From NCBI GenBank assembly GCA_964016885.1, contig OZ024741.1:185132001-185196000 (forward strand): 64,000 nt of DNA. Direction: 5' to 3'. The notes beneath the pieces were generated by a model. The model was given only the letters and a program-made list of their open reading frames with translations, had not been told where the DNA came from and did not search any database. The translations under genes and the position numbers were made by a program. This DNA comes from Eledone cirrhosa. Lineage: Eukaryota. Shown one piece after another: positions 28,741-41,822 of this stretch (positions are counted from its first letter, which is position 1; every line of letters starts with the position of its first letter).

Positions 28741-29256
28741 GCGGTGGATTGGCAGTATCGGTAGAGGGTCGGGCGCCATGCTTTGCAGCAAAGAGTTACG
28801 GCCCTTTATGGTCTGAGTTCAAATCCCGCCGAGGTTAACTTTACCTTTCATCCTTACGGGGTCGATAAAATAAAGTACCAGTAATGCACTGGGATAATTG
28901 CTGGCCTTGTGTCAAAAGTAGAAACAATTATAATGATGGCAAAGTTAACCCCGCCGAGGTTAACTTTGCCTTTCTATCCTTACGGGGTCGATAAAATAAA
29001 GTACCAGTAATGCTCTGGGATAATTGCTGGCCTTGTGCCAAAAGTAGAAACAATTATAATGATGGTCGATTGGCAGTATCGGTAGAGGGTCAGACGCCAT
29101 GCTTTCTAGCATAGTTACGTCCCTTTACGTTCTGAGTTCAAATCCCGCCCAGGTTAACTTTGCCTTTCATCATTACGGGGTCGATAAAATAAAGTACCAG
29201 TAACGCACTGGGAGAATTGTTGGCCTTGTGCCAAAAGCAGAAACAATTATAATGAT
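28741..29256 (+). mobile_element. Three tandem tRNA-SINE copies
   Basis: Copies ~28741-28930, ~28946-29056 (truncated) and ~29063-29250; each followed by tataatgat. Confidence 0.88.
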
Positions 29257-29396
29257 TTACAACATTCGGAGGTAGTGATGTGTGCATCGATTCCTCGCGG
29301 GTGCTGCTCACTCTATTTCTCAATGACAAATGACACCTTGTCCGAATTTCCTGTGAATTTATTGTGAACAATTATTATTGTAAGAGTGTGTGTTGG

Positions 29397-29851
29397 GATA
29401 ACTACATTTCAAGTTTCAAAATTTCAAGTTTCAAGTTTTCGATATCTACATTTCAAGTTTCAAAATTTCAAGTTTCAAGTTTTCGATAACTACATTTCAA
29501 GTTTCAAAATTTCAAGTTTCAAGTTTTCGATATCTACATTTCAAGTTTCAAAATTTCAAGTTTCAAGTTTTCCATAACTACATTTCAAGTTTCAAAATTT
29601 CATGTTTCAAGTTTTCGATATCTACATTTCAAGTTTCAAAATTTCATGTTTCAAGTTTTCGATAACTACATTTCAAGTTTCAAGTTTTCGATAACTACAT
29701 TTCAAGTTTCAAAAAATTTCATGTTTCAAGTTTTCGATATCTACATTTCAAGTTTCAAATTTTCAAGTTTCAAGTTTTCGATATCTACATTTCAAGTTTC
29801 AAAATTTCAAGTTTCAAGTTTTCGATATCTACATTTCAAGTTTCAAAATTT
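29397..29851. repeat. 44-bp minisatellite (~10 copies) built from ttcaag-type subrepeats
   Basis: Unit gata(a/t)ctacatttcaagtttcaaaatttcaagtttcaagttttc starting at 29397, 29441, 29485... Confidence 0.95.
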
Positions 29852-30107
29852 TCCAATATTTCTTGAGTAAACCAGATATTCATATATGCAGCTTTAAGAG
29901 TAAATTCTTATAATAGACGGCAATATGTGCCAGGGACACTCAAATATGAAGGCTAACCCACTCGCCAATGTCCTAATATTTGATGCATTGTGGGCATCTA
30001 TGACCAATGTTTCCGTTTTCTGGAGTACATTGGCCGAACTTCCCAACTACTCACTTGCGATGTGACAACTAAATTTAAAATTTCAGATTTTCTTAATGGG
30101 AAAGTCA

Positions 30108-30200
<93 letters not shown>

Positions 30201-30242
30201 CATAGTCTTCAAATTTATTATTATTACTATAATATATATATA

Positions 30243-30273
<31 letters not shown>

Positions 30274-31137
30274 ATATATATATACATATATATATATTTA
30301 TGTATATGTGTGTGTGTATGTATATATTGTGTATTTCATTAAAATGTGGAAAGAGAGAGACAGAGAGAAGCATATACACACGCATACATACAACACACAC
30401 TCACTCACACCACACACATATATATATATATTGGAATTGTACATTATTTAGAGGAAAAAAACAACAATAATATATATATGTGTGTGTGTGTGCACGCGCT
30501 TGGGAATGAGTGTGTATGTAATTTAAATATGGTGGATGAAAATAAAAATTAAAATTAAAATGGTTTGAACGGAAGTCTTAGGAAAAGCGGAATCGTTAAT
30601 TGGAAAAAACGCGTCAGGAGAACAAAGTCTTGGAAATCCGGATTCTGTATCGCGTGCAACGTAGTAGAATGCGCGAAAATAATTGAGAAGCTTCACAGAA
30701 TCTCCAAAAGTGGTGGGTCCTTCACATTATTTTTTTTTTTCTGTATAAAATATAACAACTCCAAAACAGAAATGAATAAATATTTAAATATATAAATGAG
30801 ATAAAAAGAAAAGATGTTAAAAACACATACACATATTTCAAAAATAACATTTCTATTACCATTGTTTCTTCTTTTAGAGCTTTCTGGAAAGAATGATACG
30901 GAACTCGTATTTTGTCAATATTTTTTTCAATCTTGGTAAAAGCTATTTTCACATTATTATTATCATTATATTTCTTCTTATTATTATTATACTTCTTACA
31001 CTTCTGTGTATTCATGAAACAAAGTGTGTTCTCCCTCTCCAACGCATTTTATAACCATATACAGTACCGTTTTTATCTATCTATCCAGCTATCTATCTGT
31101 CTCACTCTCTCTTCCCTTTTCTCTTCTCTCTCTCAAT

Positions 31138-31223
<86 letters not shown>

Positions 31224-31357
31224 AACCACTCTACTACCCCAAGTATTGAGTACTTTGGTGCGTTATGGTCCACCTGGTTCCTTACCACATTTTCTTCGTT
31301 ATATATATATATATCAATGATATTAATAAATGGAAACTATATTTATAAAACCATATT

Positions 31358-31417
31358 TATTCTATTATATATATTTCAAGGGTACCAAAATTTGGTACCC
31401 TCTCATCAGATGAAATA
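31358..31417 (-). ncRNA. Type I hammerhead ribozyme motif
   Basis: Minus: tatttcat CTGATGA gagggtaccaaattttggtaccctt GAAA tatata TA atagaata; near-perfect stem II. Confidence 0.75.
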
Positions 31418-31512
31418 CAAAGTTTGTTTTATAAATAGTGACATATCCAGGAATCAGATCTTAAAGGTTCAGGTTCCGTCTATATATGTCACTATTTACA
31501 AAGCAAACTTTG

Positions 31513-31573
31513 TATTTTATCTGATGAGTGCGTACAAAAGTTTTGGCACCCTTGAAATATATATAACAGAATA
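31513..31573 (+). ncRNA. Type I hammerhead ribozyme motif (more decayed)
   Basis: tattttat CTGATGA(31521) ... GAAA(31554) tatata TA acagaata. Confidence 0.55.
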
Positions 31574-31703
31574 AATATGGTTTTATAAATATAGTTTCCA
31601 TTTATTGATATCATTCGAGTGCTTCGAATCTGTTAGAAATATATTTGTTGAATTACCAACAAATTAAATATCCCTTTGCTTATGTATATATATATAGAAG
31701 GAG

Positions 31704-31750
31704 CTTCTACAGGACTAGTACTGTTTCATTCAGATGAAATCTTCAGGAAG
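31704..31750 (-). ncRNA. Type I hammerhead ribozyme motif (family C)
   Basis: Minus: cttc CTGAAGA tttcatctgaat GAAA cag tactagtc ctg TA gaag. Confidence 0.65.
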
Positions 31751-31774
31751 AGTATATATATATATATATGTATG

Positions 31775-31851
<77 letters not shown>

Positions 31852-31993
31852 ATGTATATATCGTGATTCCTCACCGCTGCCAGTCTTTCATATCGACTAT
31901 TATTTCTTCTGCTATCCCCATTTCTATATTCTGCCGAACGAACACGTATATTGTTTCTGTTATTGTTGACGCGAGCATTTATATATATATATA

Positions 31994-32134
<141 letters not shown>

Positions 32135-32162
32135 GTATATATATATATATATATAAACATAA

Positions 32163-32193
<31 letters not shown>

Positions 32194-32304
32194 TATGTAC
32201 TTATGTGTATGTACATAAAGATGGTATCCTCGCAAAATGTAATATTAATGTGTTTAGGAAAATATTATGTACATGCCTATAAATGTATGTATGTATAGAT
32301 GAGT

Positions 32305-32505
<201 letters not shown>

Positions 32506-32888
32506 TGTGAAAACAAGCGTGCTGCGTGGTTGCAAATGGGTTACATATGAATAAATTTAGTCCTTCATCAGTGATCTGCCAACCTTCATTGGTATTTCAG
32601 CGCTTTAGAGCAACGGCTAAAGAAAGTCGTTGGGACACGTAAATAAGGGGAACGAGCGAGACTGTAAACAATCAAAGATGGTAATGCAATGAAAAGTGAA
32701 GAAGAAGGAGTCAAATCCCTGAAATCAGTGAACAGAAGTTCTGTCAAATCGTCGGCGTCGGCCGACGCGCTTTCCACAGTCCTGGTTCCAGAGGGATGCA
32801 CCTCAATAGCTCCAAATTCCGCAGTAGTGGCTCGAGAGTCAGTACGTACAAAAGGGAGGAGAGAGGGCATCTCTGTCGGATGGATCAC

Positions 32889-35800
32889 GTGATATGGAAC
32901 GGCTCCGAGAGGTAGCCGATCACCTTGACCCTTAATCAGATGTTGCTGCTGTGCATTGCAGCAATCCAGCCCCTGAATACGGGTCCGAAGCCTGCCGCCT
33001 CGAGCACCGCATCCAGGTAACGATGGTCAATCCTATCAAAAGCCTTAGAATGATCCAAGTTGATCAGGGCCTCACCGAAGCCGGGTTTGCAACCAACCCT
33101 CTCTACGATGTATCGCATGAAGTGTAGGTTGTCGTGTATAGACCTGGTCGGGATTGCGCATGTCTGCGCTTCTACCACCAGCTCTTTGACGACAAGCGCC
33201 AGTCTCTTTGCCAACGCCTTGGCCAAAATCTGGACCAAAATCCATAGCCCCTCGAGGCGCGCCGCCCTGACCGAACATTTGAGCAAAGTGCCGCTGAAAG
33301 GCCGCGCACATCTGCTTCGGCTCATGTATCAATGTATCACACGTCCGTCTTGGTCCTTCAAAGACAGAATCGTGGACTTGTTGCCACTTTTCGCCTCCGT
33401 CACCCGGGCCCAGCTAACAGGTTTGACTTCCTCGTTACCCAGAGCACGTATTTTGCTTCTGACAACGCAGCCCTCGTGCTTTGCGTCGAAGAACTGGCCC
33501 AAGGCCGTTCTCGTTGCTAGCACGCTGGCTACGTTGCCACTTCTAATTGCCTCTTCTACTTTACCTACCAGTTCCTTCTCGGTCCTATTTCTATCCAACG
33601 CTAATTCTTTACTAAAACTAACGAGTCTAATCTAACTGCCCTCTTGAGAGAGTACCACCATCTGCTGTTGACAATGGCCTCTGTAAAGTGCTATTTAACT
33701 AATGTGCTAATCCGTCTACTGTAGGCTTTGCATGTTGGTAACGACAAGTTCAGCTTCCAGTAGCCGGGTCCTTGTCTATGGGTTCTATCAAGGTTGACCA
33801 TGCAGGTCACTAGTTTTTTATCTGAATAGGCAACCATGAACATTTGTGGACAGCTTAACATGTCCCTATCCTTATTTCTAACTAGAAACCTATATAAGTA
33901 CGATCTAGATGTTCCGCTAAGATTAGTCCACATCCACAGTGGCACAGTCGGAAAATCTAGTCGATATCTATCGGCCAGGTCACATCGGCCGATTAACTGT
34001 TTGAAGCTGTTACACGCCACTTTATCGGGACATGCTCCCACATAGTCCCAACGTGCATCTTAGATTCCATTCCAGTCCCCCACTAAAAGCAAGGAGCGGG
34101 ACGTTCCCAGAAAAGTCTCTAGACGTTTGAAGATGTCTGGCAGCGGAGTCCCGGATGGGGCATATGCGGCCACCAGCCTGAAGGCTCCACCTTCACTACC
34201 GTCAACGTCTAGGACCACCAGTCGACCCGCCGAGTCCAGATGTACCGTCTGTGTTACGAGGCCCAGCCCAGGTGTTTCCTCAGCAAAACCGCACCCCCGG
34301 CCCTACCTCCCGGCTGACATAGAGATGCGTAGATCTCATAGTCATCGAAGATGGGAGCCAGCTGTCGCTCGCTGTGGTTCCTGGACTCGCAGATGGCAAT
34401 TAGATCCATACTGTGTGACCTGAGGTCGTTTAAGAGTTTGCTCTGTTTCCAGGGCATTCCCAGGCTGCGCACATTCACACATTTGACTCTTACATTCGCC
34501 ATGTTGGTGAGGAAGAATTAGAAAAGAAAATGAAGAGTTCACTCACCTTTTCGTTTCCTGGAGAGCGGGTCGCTCAAGTACCATGGGGGTGTTGGAGGGG
34601 TTGTCTGGGTGGTGGTTTCCGTCGGGGTGGGAACGGAGATGTTTGGGGGGAGGGGTTATATGGTTGGATGGGTGTGGCTGAGGTGGGGAGACATTTGAGA
34701 AGTCGCGGTTAAGTGGTTTCACGCAGGAATTCTCCACGTCCTTTTCAAATGTTTCTTTTAGGGACCTATAAGTTTGTATAGGGACCCTAATCAGTTTTAG
34801 GTTCGGTATTTTATTATTTTTATTAGAGTTTGCGAAAGTTTTCCCTTCGGTTTTCACCGAAGGGTTGTTCGTGATGGTCTCCATTAGTGTTTTGTTTTCA
34901 GTGTTTATGTATGTGTAAGTGTAATTTTCTTGCGCTGTGTTTGATTTTGTCTGTAGTTCTTGTGTGTGTTTTCGTTTTGTTGTAGGCATTTTGTTTTCAG
35001 GCGGTGGGGGTTTTGTTTGTGATATGTTTGTTGTTTGTGTTGGTGGTTGTATGTTTGTGGTAGTGTTTGCTGTTTTTTTTGTTTTTGTGGTGCATTTTTT
35101 TCCTTTTCGAGCGATGGGGTTCTCCCTCATCTTCACTGTGATTGGAGAGGGGTATGTCTTGGGGAGATGTTGTGTTTGTGGGTTTTTGCAGTGGTTTTAG
35201 GTGGAGTGGGGCTGGGTGGGACTGTGCTTGTGGTTTGGTTTGTTGTTCTTGTTTTGGTTATGTTTGTGTGTTGTTGTTGTTGTGGTGGTTGTGTTGTAGT
35301 TTTGGGTGTTGGCAGTAGTGCTTCTTTTTTTCTTGCAGCTAGCTGAGGACAGTAAGCCTTCAGGTGACTACTAGTTAAACAGTGGTAACATGAAGGCTGC
35401 CTACCCTCAACAGAAATGTTTATGTATGAATTCCCATCCAGAGGCACACGTTGGGGTATTTTAGCTATCCGCTCTAGCCTCATTTGGACCAGAACTTCCA
35501 GGCTTGTACCATTGAATGTGCCTCTGGAGGACTTTGCCACTGAAATTATGGTGTCTTCATCGAAATCGATGAAGCCAGTTAAAATCCACCAGACGTTTAC
35601 GTTTGGTGTAATGTTTGAAATTTTTATTTTCTGGATTCTTTTTCCCATCTATGTGGGGAAAATGGTGTAAAGGGGGGACACAATTGGCGACACAGAATAT
35701 TTTTGTGCCGTCAATTGGTCTCTCATCACCACCGAAAAGCTTCCGAAAAGTTTATTTTTTGGGGTGAAGGCAATATCCTTCATTGAATTCTTCAGAACCA

Positions 35801-36104
35801 GCTCAATTTCGTTTTGGGTTAATTGCTCTGGATTCTTAGACAAATTTGAAACTGTCCTAAAAATTATTGTTTTTAGGATAGTTTCTCTCCGTAACTGTTG
35901 AGGAGAAGTGATGCTGATAGCAGCGCTCTCACCAAAAGTTACATATTGCTTTGCTTCTCTTAACAACTCCCTAACATTGGAGATGTCAAGATATGTAAAT
36001 AGTTCTGTCTTTTGGACGGTTTGTGCAAAGGAAATCTTTTCCTTGTTTGTGGAGTTGTTCGTGTTGCTGTTGTTGGTGGTGGTGGTTGTTGTTATCATTG
36101 TTGC

Positions 36105-36146
<42 letters not shown>

Positions 36147-36215
36147 CATTATTGTTGTTGTTGTTGTTATTGTTGTTCTGGTTGGTGTTGTTTAAATTTT
36201 CCATGTTATTGGTAG
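32889..36215 (-). mobile_element. Tx1-like (L1-group) LINE, degenerate with deletions in ORF2
   Basis: ORF1 with CCHC knuckle; ORF2 APE start (VKCVNVRSL...IAICES, GDWN, GPGYWKLN) at 34502; RT motifs RSIHDNL, LINLDHSKAFDRIDH; RT ends near 32889. Confidence 0.88.
35133..36204 (-). pseudogene. Tx1-type ORF1 (gag-like, zinc knuckle), interrupted
   Basis: SFAQTV near N-terminus, CYHCLTSSHLKAYC knuckle, in-frame stop at 35649-35651, frameshift in (AAC)n tract, basic Thr/Pro-rich tail continuing to 34543. Confidence 0.75.
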
Positions 36216-36725
36216 ATACATAGTAAGCCTTCGGGTGACCACTAGTTAAACAGTGGTAACATGAAGGCCGCCTACCCTCAACAGAAATGTTTATGTATGA
36301 ATTCCCATCCATAGGCACACGTTGGGGTATTTTAGATAGATAGATAGATAGATACACACAAATAAGTTTTCTTTTATGTGTATATGTGGTTGTCGTGTTT
36401 GCTCTCACATTAAGATTGAAATGTTTAGAGATAACTATTATGGCATACGTAACAACTAACCGATCATAAGTGTATCTTCCGCCTAAGACGAATATCAAAA
36501 TACAGAAACGTTTCATCAATATTGAGAGGACATTCACACTTACTCTGATACATACATACACACACACACACACATATATATATATATGTTTATATATATA
36601 GTGTGAGTGAGAATGAGAAGTGTGAGATGTATAAGTACCTGAGGCTTCACTATGTTGTTTTGACTTCCACTTTCAATGACACACATGTATGTATGCATGT
36701 TTGTATGTGTATCTATATATACACA

Positions 36726-36763
<38 letters not shown>

Positions 36764-36920
36764 CACACATACACACACACATATATATATATATATACAC
36801 ACACCCACACATATATATATATATATACATACACACACATACACATACACATATATATATATACATTCTTCCCTCATTTACTATATATATATATATGTAT
36901 ATAATCATTCTTCACACATT

Positions 36921-36968
<48 letters not shown>

Positions 36969-39610
36969 TTGCATAAATCCATACGTGTATTGACTTTGTA
37001 TACACATGCATATAGATTGTGCAATCATGGGTCTGTGTGTGTGTGTATGCGTGCATTCTGTGTGTGTGTTTACCTCTATGTGTATATGTGTATGCGTCTA
37101 TTTTATCGCCTGTATATCACTGCTGCACAAATGTTTCAAGTTTATTTTTTCTTGTTTTAGCTTGTTTCATAATTTAATTAATTTTAATTTGTTTTACTTG
37201 TTAGATATTGCTCCTATGCTTGGGAGACGAGAATATAACCAGAATGAATAAATGAAGGAAATATAGATGATAGATAGAGAGTCAGATAGAAAAACTGAAG
37301 GCAAGAAAGAAAGAGAGAAAAAAGACAGAAAGAAAGAGAGAAAGAGAGAAATAAATAAATAAATGAAGAAAGAAAGAAATAAAGAAAGAAAGAATGAAAG
37401 GAAGAAACTAAGGAAATATAAAAGAAGACTAGCGTTTATTCATGTTTAGAATTAGGAAATTAATATGTTAAAATGGCCACCCCACTTTTGTCTGTACAGA
37501 GACGTACCATGCTGGCTTTCAGTAATAAGACACTCGATTATTGGAATACACGTTCTATTTGGAAACACTTGAAATAGATAAGATGACACATCAGTCGTGT
37601 GTAGATCTGAAGAATCTGAAATTCTAGAGATTTTCCAAGTAATTAGATAGAAAATGATATGGAAGTCATAGAATGAAACATAATATAGTAGAATGAGACA
37701 ACGAACAGCTTTAACGTGGTCACCACACCTGCTGAAATTGACACCAGAAAATTTCTCTCAAATTGAATTCTATTATTCTGAAGAAAAAAATGACGCGTTA
37801 TTTTTTTATGTTTGTCGTACACAAAAGAGGACAATCTTAATTGTAATACATTTGATCATTATATACATGCTCCATTTTGTTTGAACTAGGTCTAAATAGC
37901 AACAACGAAGGATGACCCTGAGCTGTTGACGTAATCATAATGGCGCCGACTGATACAGTTCATTCCTCTCCAGGTCTGAATACAGTCAATGTCTTCCAGA
38001 GAAAAAGAAAATAAGACAGAGAGACAAACGAAGAATAGGCCCCCAAAATTGTACTGCATTCATCGACCTCAAAGGGAAGAAATCAAAAAAGAATATTTTG
38101 GAGCATTCTACTCGACGTTCTAATTAGTGTGACAACTTGCTGCCTTCGTTAGCATCATATCGGCCCCAAATTCACGAATTTATTCTCACGTTTGTTTTAT
38201 ATTATTATAGTTAGTTTTAGCCTACATAATCTTTCCTTGAATAGATTTACAAGCAAATACATTCCAGCCCCGACATTGTATTTTTTAAGGGGTTTCTAAG
38301 GGTTTCTAAGACGATTTACTTAATGTTTCCCTCGATGTAGGCAAGGGGTCTTAAGATTCATATTGTGTTGTTATATGTAGCGGATGAAGCAATCTCGCAC
38401 GGGTTCCTTTGTTGGCACGAAATAGGATTATCTTTTATTTGTTAGAAAGCCGGTCTATAACTCAATGGTTCAACATAATCTTTGGTTGTTTGAGCCAATA
38501 ATATATGCTTATTCTGAAGAGAAAATATGCATAACAAAACAAATATTTATACTTAGTCACAAGATTATATCAAAATATATATTTTGTTTTGTATACATTC
38601 TTTTTTATTTGTCACTGTCAAGTACACGAAAAGAACACGACCTTATTTATAAGGTTTCATATTCGATGTTTTAAATGTAGAAAATGAGTATTGGTCAATA
38701 AACAAAATGTATCGTTGCATTGAGAGTGACTTCCTCAGTTGATGTTAAAACGGGTGACGGGTTAAGTCTGCCACCTAACCAGGTATGAGAGAAGTGAGGA
38801 TCGTGGGCTCAAAATACAAAGAACTAACAATACTACAAGACACGATAGCGACGTAATAACATTTATACCAAGCTGTATTGAACATAATCGAATGATGAAA
38901 GACAAATTTGACCTCTCATTTGAACCCCCAGCGCAGAGATCTGAAACATATAGGCAATGAATATTCCGTACGCACTTATGTCTGCTAATTCACCATCTAT
39001 TTCTTAACATTGGTCATGACATCAATTTTGTCTCAGAAATAGCATATTATAGGATCTTATATTTAAATATATCTCACAATTTTTAAATCAGTAGTATGTA
39101 TAATTTGAAGGAAATTTAGCTGCTATTACTAGGAGATCAGATGACCCTATAGAGCTACCCCCATCATTTATGTGATTGGTTTGAGACCTGAGCGAAATTG
39201 TGTGAAAAGGAGAATTCTCAGTTGGCAGAGAATTAGTTTAGAAGAAAGGTGATAATAAAAGAAGAAAACAACAGCAACAAATGTTATAGAATAAATGAGG
39301 AAGAAGATGAAGGAAAGAATTGGGGACGAAATAAATAAATAGAGAAAAAGAAAGTTAATGAGGAGGAATAGATAAAACAAAAAAAATGATGGAATAAATA
39401 GGGTAGAATGTTTGTGTGATGAAAAGCTAGAATGAGAGTTTGATGACGGATGGGATGAAATGAAAAAAAGAGGGAAGGTGGTGTTAATTGTGGTGTGTCT
39501 CTGGAGTGAGACTAATAAAGTAAACAAAAATAAAATTAACAAGAATTGTAGATGAAATATGAACTCGCAAAGGCGCAAAATAAGCATATATATATATGTA
39601 TATATATTTA

Positions 39611-39669
<59 letters not shown>

Positions 39670-39750
39670 CACACATACACAAATACACACACAAACACAC
39701 ATATACTCACTCACATGAACACACACATGCACATACGCACACACACACAC

Positions 39751-39798
<48 letters not shown>

Positions 39799-40766
39799 GT
39801 GTTTGCGCGCGCGCGTGTGTGTGTGTGTATGTTTGTGTACGTATATATGTACGTCCGTTGATCGCTTAAGTCATTTGTCACTTCATACTTGCAATATATT
39901 CTTCCTTCATATTTTGGAATGTTAAAATATTGCTCTGTTTTTACTCATTAATTTATAATTACAGAACAAGTAACAGGTAATATTTCCTGCAATATGATGG
40001 CAAAATATGTTCTCATAACTCCATTTTCTATGATCTTCCTTTGGCAAAAAAATATCGAGAAGTTTTTTTCTTTGGTGAAGGAGGTTGTGTGATGGATACG
40101 GTCGAGATGTTTGATAAGAGAGGGCTTTGCCTCTCTCTGAGCAAACCCTCATTAACCATTCTTTTTCTACCGCAAGATAACAAATGGCATATTAGAGAAG
40201 AATATTCTTCCCCCTCCCTCCCAAACACACATAATACATTTTATAAAAGGTGGGTAAATGTAGTGAAATTGGCATCACTAAATATCCTACTGTATTTGTT
40301 TGTAGGCTGGTAGCAAGAAATAGGGGAATATACTTGTTTCTCGTCAGAAACCCCAATTTACCTGATGTGGTTACCCCTCCCATTCCGAGAATCATTTCTT
40401 ATTGGTATTATGTTTTTTTTTTTATTGCTATTTTTATTTAAAGTGCCATGAATTGATAAAATCCATAAAATGTCGTTCAAATTCTTACTGGTCCTTTATA
40501 TTCAGTGTTGAAATCCCGTTGAGCTAAACTTTGCTTTTTATTCTTCCACGGTCAATAAAATAGATTACCAGTTTAGTACTGAGGTTGATATAATCGATTT
40601 CCTCCTTCTCCAAAATTGCTGGCCTTGTACCAATGTTAGAAAGAATTATTATTTATGTTTGAACGTCTTTACTAGTATTCCCTCCACATAAATAGCACAC
40701 CCACTTATTTGATTAGCTGATTTACTGGTGTATTTTTGGGTTCCGCCTTTGCATTCTTTGCAACGT

Positions 40767-40961
40767 GTTTACGGCCATATCGAGCTGAAAACACTGGTTC
40801 TCGTCCGATCAACGAAGTTAAGAAACGTCGAGCCTAGTTAGTACTTAGATGGGTGACTGCTTGGGAAGCCTAGGTGCTGTAAGCATTTCCTATTACAAGG
40901 GCAGTGCCCCAGCATGCCCTCAGCCGGATGGCTGGAACAGGTAAAAGAGTAAAAGAGTAAA
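40767..40961 (+). mobile_element. 5S rRNA-derived SINE (SINE3-type) with CR1-LINE-derived tail
   Basis: 40767-40886 is a full-length diverged 5S rRNA (acggccata...ctcgtccgatc..gaagttaag...ttagtacttagatgggtgac..ttgggaa...ggtgctgtaagc); 40897-40961 matches the 3' end of the LINE at 8034-8093. Confidence 0.85.
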
Positions 40962-41232
40962 GGTCTTGGGCTCTTTTAGCGATCAAAAGTAACCCATTGC
41001 TCAGTGTAAAATACTGAATTTTCCTCCCCTTTCCTGTCTTTCAAACAGTCAAGCTATGAAAAATGTGATAATGGATGTTGAAATTTACTTAGACAAAAAA
41101 AAACCAAGTAGAGAAGATCTCGAAACATGACATAAAAGCAGAAATATCAAGGGAATGTAGTTGCCCAGCGACAAAAGTGAATGTCGTACTAGTTGTCACT
41201 GGTGTATTAGTTAATTCCCCCATCACACTCAA

Positions 41233-41380
41233 AAAGCTACCATAGCAGCGAGAATAGTTGATTGGACATCAGCACAGCCATGCAACTTCTTCGAAAGTTC
41301 ATCTTCTTGTGAAGAACTTTCTAAGAATTTGCATGGCTATGCTGATGTCAAAACAACCGTTCTTGATACTATGATAGTTT
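41233..41380. repeat. Imperfect ~150-bp fold-back (MITE-like)
   Basis: Arms of ~67 bp, roughly 80% complementary by eye, short loop near 41305. Confidence 0.7.
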
Positions 41381-41387
41381 AACTGTG

Positions 41388-41822
41388 GCCGAGGTTAGCT
41401 TTGCCTTTAATCCCTACGGAGTCGATAAATAAAGTACCAGTAACGCACTGGATTCGATATAATCGATTTTCCCTTCCCCCCGAAATTGCTGGCCCTGTGC
41501 CTAAAGTAGAAACAATTATTATTATTATTTATTGGATGTGCGGTGGATTGGCAGTATCGGTAGAGGGTCGGACTCCATGCTTTCCAGCATAGTTACGTCC
41601 CTTTACGATCTGAGTTCAAATCCCGCCGAGGTTGACTTTGCCTTTCAGCCTTACGGGGTCGATAAAATAAAGTACCAGTAATGCACTGGGTAATTGCTGG
41701 CCTTGTGCCTAAAGTAGAAACAATTATTATTTATTGGATGTGGGCATTCACTTGGCTGTATCGGTAGAGCGTCCGACAAAATGCCGCGTAGTATTTGATC
41801 TGTTTTTTTTTGACGTTCTGAA
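41388..41822 (+). mobile_element. Cluster of tRNA-SINE copies
   Basis: Variant copy 41388-41520, full copy 41540-41728 flanked by tatttattggatgtg, partial head 41750-41822; older variant also at 40500-40650. Confidence 0.82.

Larger units (their letters stand above)
31316..31682. mobile_element. Fold-back element (family A) with two HHRs
   Basis: Inverted repeat 31316-31615 plus tail to ~31682; (TA)n flanks. Confidence 0.8.

Noticed and set aside
29397-29851. Possible CRISPR array
   Set aside because: Contiguous tandem units with no unique spacers; eukaryotic context; no cas genes.
40767-40886. Functional 5S rRNA gene
   Set aside because: Diverged, single copy, no T-run terminator, fused to a LINE tail.
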